From positions 1 through 60,047 of IMG/VR virus record IMGVR_UViG_3300000101_000017: a stretch of 60,047 nt of DNA; one strand, written 5' to 3'. The position numbers were made by a program, and so were the translations under genes. Positions 57,319 to 60,047 of this stretch are shown here, piece after piece (position 1 is the stretch's first letter; the number at the start of each line of letters is the position of its first letter). Below the pieces are notes generated by a model. That model was not told the origin of the DNA, ran no database searches, and saw nothing but the letters and a program-made list of their open reading frames with translations. The DNA is from a virus (taxonomy: Duplodnaviria; Caudoviricetes).

Positions 57319-59885
57319 TATTGTGCCTGTCCTAATTTACCCCATTGCGTGTCTGGTTTTGTTGGATCAAAATCTCCTGTGCTTTTAGAAGATTGGCCGC
57401 CTGTGCCGTCTTTGCTACCTGATGTTTCTGTACCTGTTACTGCTCCGTTACCGCTAGGTGATATTGCATTTTCGCCAGTACCTTCTTTCATAACTGCTGA
57501 TGTTGAAGCTACTTCATCAGCTTGTACATCTTGGTTACGTCTTCTAATACAACTTAATTCTTGTGTAAACTGTCCTTCACTAAATCTATTTGCACATGTT
57601 AAGACTGTATACAATCCACTAAATGCACCAACTGGTTGTGTGCCCCCGCCTGGAAAATCCATTCCGCCGTTATTATTATAGTCTAAAGGTGTTCTAAAAT
57701 TCATTAATATATCTACTTCACTTGATTGTTGATTCATTGCACCATCTGAATTAACATTTAGTAGACCTTCTACAGGACTAGCATTATAGTTTCCTACTCC
57801 GCTATCTGCAATGTAATAAGGGTCGCCCATTATTTTAAAATCAATTGATACAAGGTCTGTTGGACTATTTACTATTGCTTCATTAAAATTACGTGCTACC
57901 TGGCTTTCAGCACTAATTGCTGCTCCACCTACTGCTCTTGCAGAACTTACTGATCCGTCTGCTCGTGTAGATGATTGTCCTTCAGCAGGTATAACTTCTG
58001 TATTACCGTCGTTAATTGCAGGCGATGCATCTGATGTACCTGAAGCCATTCTACTTGCATCACCAGTTTTTTGATCTGAATTTAACTGACCAAGATCTGG
58101 TTGTAAAGCATTAAAGAATGCTGCATCAAAATTAATTTCAAAATCTAGTATATCTTTATTTTGTCCTGTGTAGATATAATTGTATTCTTTAACTGCTTGA
58201 CGTTTTAATTTTTCAATACCAGGTGAAGGTTGAGTTGAACCTGTTAATTTACTAATTTGTACTTTGTAAGGAACAATTCTATAGACATATACTCTAGGTG
58301 GTTTTCCTGTTTGTGTTACTTGTTCAGTGCTTGTAACATCAAAAACTTGTGATTCTACTTTATACCATTTAATCATACCAAATCCGTCTGGCTCTTGGAA
58401 AGCTAAATTTCTGCCATAATCACTTAATAGTATAACTTCCTCAACAACATCTTGTATTCTTGTACCTTTAGGAAAAGTAATTCTACGACCTTCGTCACTT
58501 ACTTGTACCTTGCCTCTAGAAAACACACCTGGTTTGTCATCAACTTCGGAAAATGCTGGCTTACCAAATGGTGTTTCGCCTCCGTCTAAGAAACTTTTTA
58601 CAATTTTGCCTGAGCCTATAGAATTTATATTATCATCGTTTTCGGAAAACTCTCTAATTGTTTCTCCAAAATCACTACGTTTAATTACAATTCCAAGTAT
58701 CTTTTGTAATTCAGCATCAAAATCTGCAGGTGCTTGACCGTTTTGTATTCCTGAAATAGTTTCAAATAACTTTTCTTTTTGCTCTGCTGTAAGTTCTCGT
58801 GTAGCTTCTGATGAAGGATCTGAATCAGATTGTGTTGTTGCTCCTCCAGCATCTTGTATTGCACCTAGCAAATTTTCTGAAGCACTGCTATCAGCTGTTG
58901 GAAACATAATTATATATTGATCTGCATTTTTTAGTTGTTTTGCGTTTAACAACTCTAATTGTCTATCGTTCATTGCAACTGATAAACTTTGTCCACCCGA
59001 TTGTAACATTTCTGATACAGTTGATCCAGTTATTGTAATATCTGTTTGTGTAGCTTGTACGCTATCACTAAATGCTTCTTCGTTGTAGGGAAATCCTGAA
59101 ACCCTATATGTACTACCGCCTTCGTTAACATTAAAAGTTACGTCTGCAAGTTTGAAGGGAAACATGCGTCTTGCACGTGGTACAGTAAATGTCCTGCCGG
59201 TATCGTCGTGTCCTTTAAAATCTATTGTTATAATAAACGGAGCTTCTAAATAATTTTTATGACCTGCTCGTAACGAAGCAACTTGTAGTGTTTGTAAAAA
59301 TAATCCCATACTATATGGTTCAGTTACTTCAAATTCTACAGAAGTAGCATTTGTCTGTCTAGTTTTTTGGTTAGGTATAATTAATGATTCTACTTGCAAG
59401 TTGTCTATAAAATACTCAACCCTACCGTTAGTTTCAAATAATGTTGTTGCTTTGTTTGCGCCAGCGCCGCCTCCTGTACTTGCAATAATTACACTAGGTT
59501 CACGTTTTCTATAAGTTGCATCTGGAAAGTTTAATTCTAATGACGTTAAACATCCAAAAGTTAATACGTAATTAAAAGAAGCGAACGCTTCTAAAGAATT
59601 TTTAGCAGGTAGTCCACCACCAAACATTCCGCTTACTGCACTACCAACTACTCCGCCTAGTAAGCCACGGACCTCTGCATCAATAGTTTTATAATCACCG
59701 CTAAGTGGAAAAATTTCTTTGACTGCTAAATCAATTTCTTCAATCGTTCCTTCTATAGAGTTAGCAATACCATTTATATCTATGTTAGCTGAGGTTGGTA
59801 CAATTACTGAATTTTTTACATTCTCTTGTATTGTCTTACCTGCGGCTTGTGCCCTAGCAAGTGCGTTTTGGATCGACATTGACAT
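57318..59885 (-). CDS. Putative baseplate hub protein (gp27-like)
   Basis: Position between gp53-like and gp5-like genes; C-terminal 'KIMGDPYY', 'FSGLYTVLTCANRFSEGQFTQELSCIR' typical of hub proteins. Confidence 0.6.
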   Translation of the reverse strand: MSMSIQNALARAQAAGKTIQENVKNSVIVPTSANIDINGIANSIEGTIEEIDLAVKEIFPLSGDYKTIDAEVRGLLGGVVGSAVSGMFGGGLPAKNSLEAFASFNYVLTFGCLTSLELNFPDATYRKREPSVIIASTGGGAGANKATTLFETNGRVEYFIDNLQVESLIIPNQKTRQTNATSVEFEVTEPYSMGLFLQTLQVASLRAGHKNYLEAPFIITIDFKGHDDTGRTFTVPRARRMFPFKLADVTFNVNEGGSTYRVSGFPYNEEAFSDSVQATQTDITITGSTVSEMLQSGGQSLSVAMNDRQLELLNAKQLKNADQYIIMFPTADSSASENLLGAIQDAGGATTQSDSDPSSEATRELTAEQKEKLFETISGIQNGQAPADFDAELQKILGIVIKRSDFGETIREFSENDDNINSIGSGKIVKSFLDGGETPFGKPAFSEVDDKPGVFSRGKVQVSDEGRRITFPKGTRIQDVVEEVILLSDYGRNLAFQEPDGFGMIKWYKVESQVFDVTSTEQVTQTGKPPRVYVYRIVPYKVQISKLTGSTQPSPGIEKLKRQAVKEYNYIYTGQNKDILDFEINFDAAFFNALQPDLGQLNSDQKTGDASRMASGTSDASPAINDGNTEVIPAEGQSSTRADGSVSSARAVGGAAISAESQVARNFNEAIVNSPTDLVSIDFKIMGDPYYIADSGVGNYNASPVEGLLNVNSDGAMNQQSSEVDILMNFRTPLDYNNNGGMDFPGGGTQPVGAFSGLYTVLTCANRFSEGQFTQELSCIRRRNQDVQADEVASTSAVMKEGTGENAISPSGNGAVTGTETSGSKDGTGGQSSKSTGDFDPTKPDTQWGKLGQAQ

Positions 59886-59886
59886 T

Positions 59887-60047
59887 TTAGATTCCTAATA
59901 ATCGTTGTAACTTGTCACCTTGTGGTAGATAAATCTGTAAACCTGCTTCAAGATCATAAACAGGATCTTTTAAAATATCCATATTTCTCTGCGAAAATAC
60001 CCACCATAACTTCCTGTCACCATATAGATCGTGTGCTAATAAATCTG
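59887..60047 (-). CDS. Baseplate wedge gp53-like / LysM-like protein, 5'-truncated by the window edge
   Basis: Translates DLLAHDLYGDRKLWWVFSQRNMDILKDPVYDLEAGLQIYLPQGDKLQRLLGI*; not in the ORF track. Confidence 0.8.
   Translation of the reverse strand, partial: DLLAHDLYGDRKLWWVFSQRNMDILKDPVYDLEAGLQIYLPQGDKLQRLLGI

Larger units (their letters stand above)
1..60047. mobile_element. Segment of a large T4-like myophage (probably jumbo phage) genome
   Basis: Baseplate gp53/gp5/gp25/gp6-like genes, tail collar and fibre genes, dense overlapping gene packing, TAAATA late-promoter-like motifs, no cellular housekeeping genes or integrase seen. Confidence 0.92.

Noticed and set aside
232-58737. Many short opposite-strand or alternate-frame ORFs in the track (e.g. 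31094..31960 +, 25545..26036 +, 57304..57681 +, 10703..11098 +)
   Set aside because: They lie fully inside well-supported genes, have no motifs or RBS, and show the composition expected of antisense shadows.
1-60047. Alternative genetic code (stop-codon reassignment) as found in some jumbo phages
   Set aside because: The standard code gives near-complete gene tiling including a 15-kb ORF, and TAA, TGA and TAG all terminate genes at coupled junctions.
1-60047. tRNA/rRNA genes, introns, inteins or homing endonucleases
   Set aside because: Intergenic gaps are too short or otherwise explained, and no cloverleaf, LAGLIDADG/HNH/GIY-YIG or intein splice motifs were recognised by eye.
29691-60047. 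Bacterial contractile injection system (T6SS/eCIS/tailocin) rather than a phage
   Set aside because: T4-like gene order, giant wedge protein, late-promoter motifs and the absence of Tss/Afp accessory genes or host genes favour a lytic myophage.

Overview
AT-rich segment of a large T4-like (myovirus, probably jumbo) bacteriophage genome; nearly all genes are on the minus strand. The right half (~29.7-60 kb) is a virion tail/baseplate module: gp53-like, hub-like, gp5-like spike, gp25, gp6, a 4999-aa giant structural protein and three paralogous fibre proteins. Several of these genes are preceded by a T4-late-like (A)TAAATA(C) motif. The left half (~1.9-29.6 kb) is a tightly packed ~28 kb run of about 30 genes, mostly tailoring enzymes. 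It holds 9 radical SAM proteins with twitch/SPASM-like Cys clusters in three paralogous subfamilies, 2 QueC-like PP-loop proteins, 6 Fe(II)/2OG-type oxygenases (two TauD-like with an atypical HxN ligand motif), a nitroreductase, a peroxiredoxin, a PLP enzyme and an FMN-reductase/methyltransferase fusion. It also holds GNAT-, SGNH-, kinase- and lyase-like proteins, two GT-A glycosyltransferases and a GT-GT-repeat-methyltransferase fusion. Two near-perfect sigma70 promoters point into this run. A fibre gene fragment and a fatty acid desaturase converge on it from the left. The enzyme cluster looks like an uncharacterised phage-encoded glycan/protein hypermodification pathway (inference). All family assignments come from motifs read by eye; no database searches were run.
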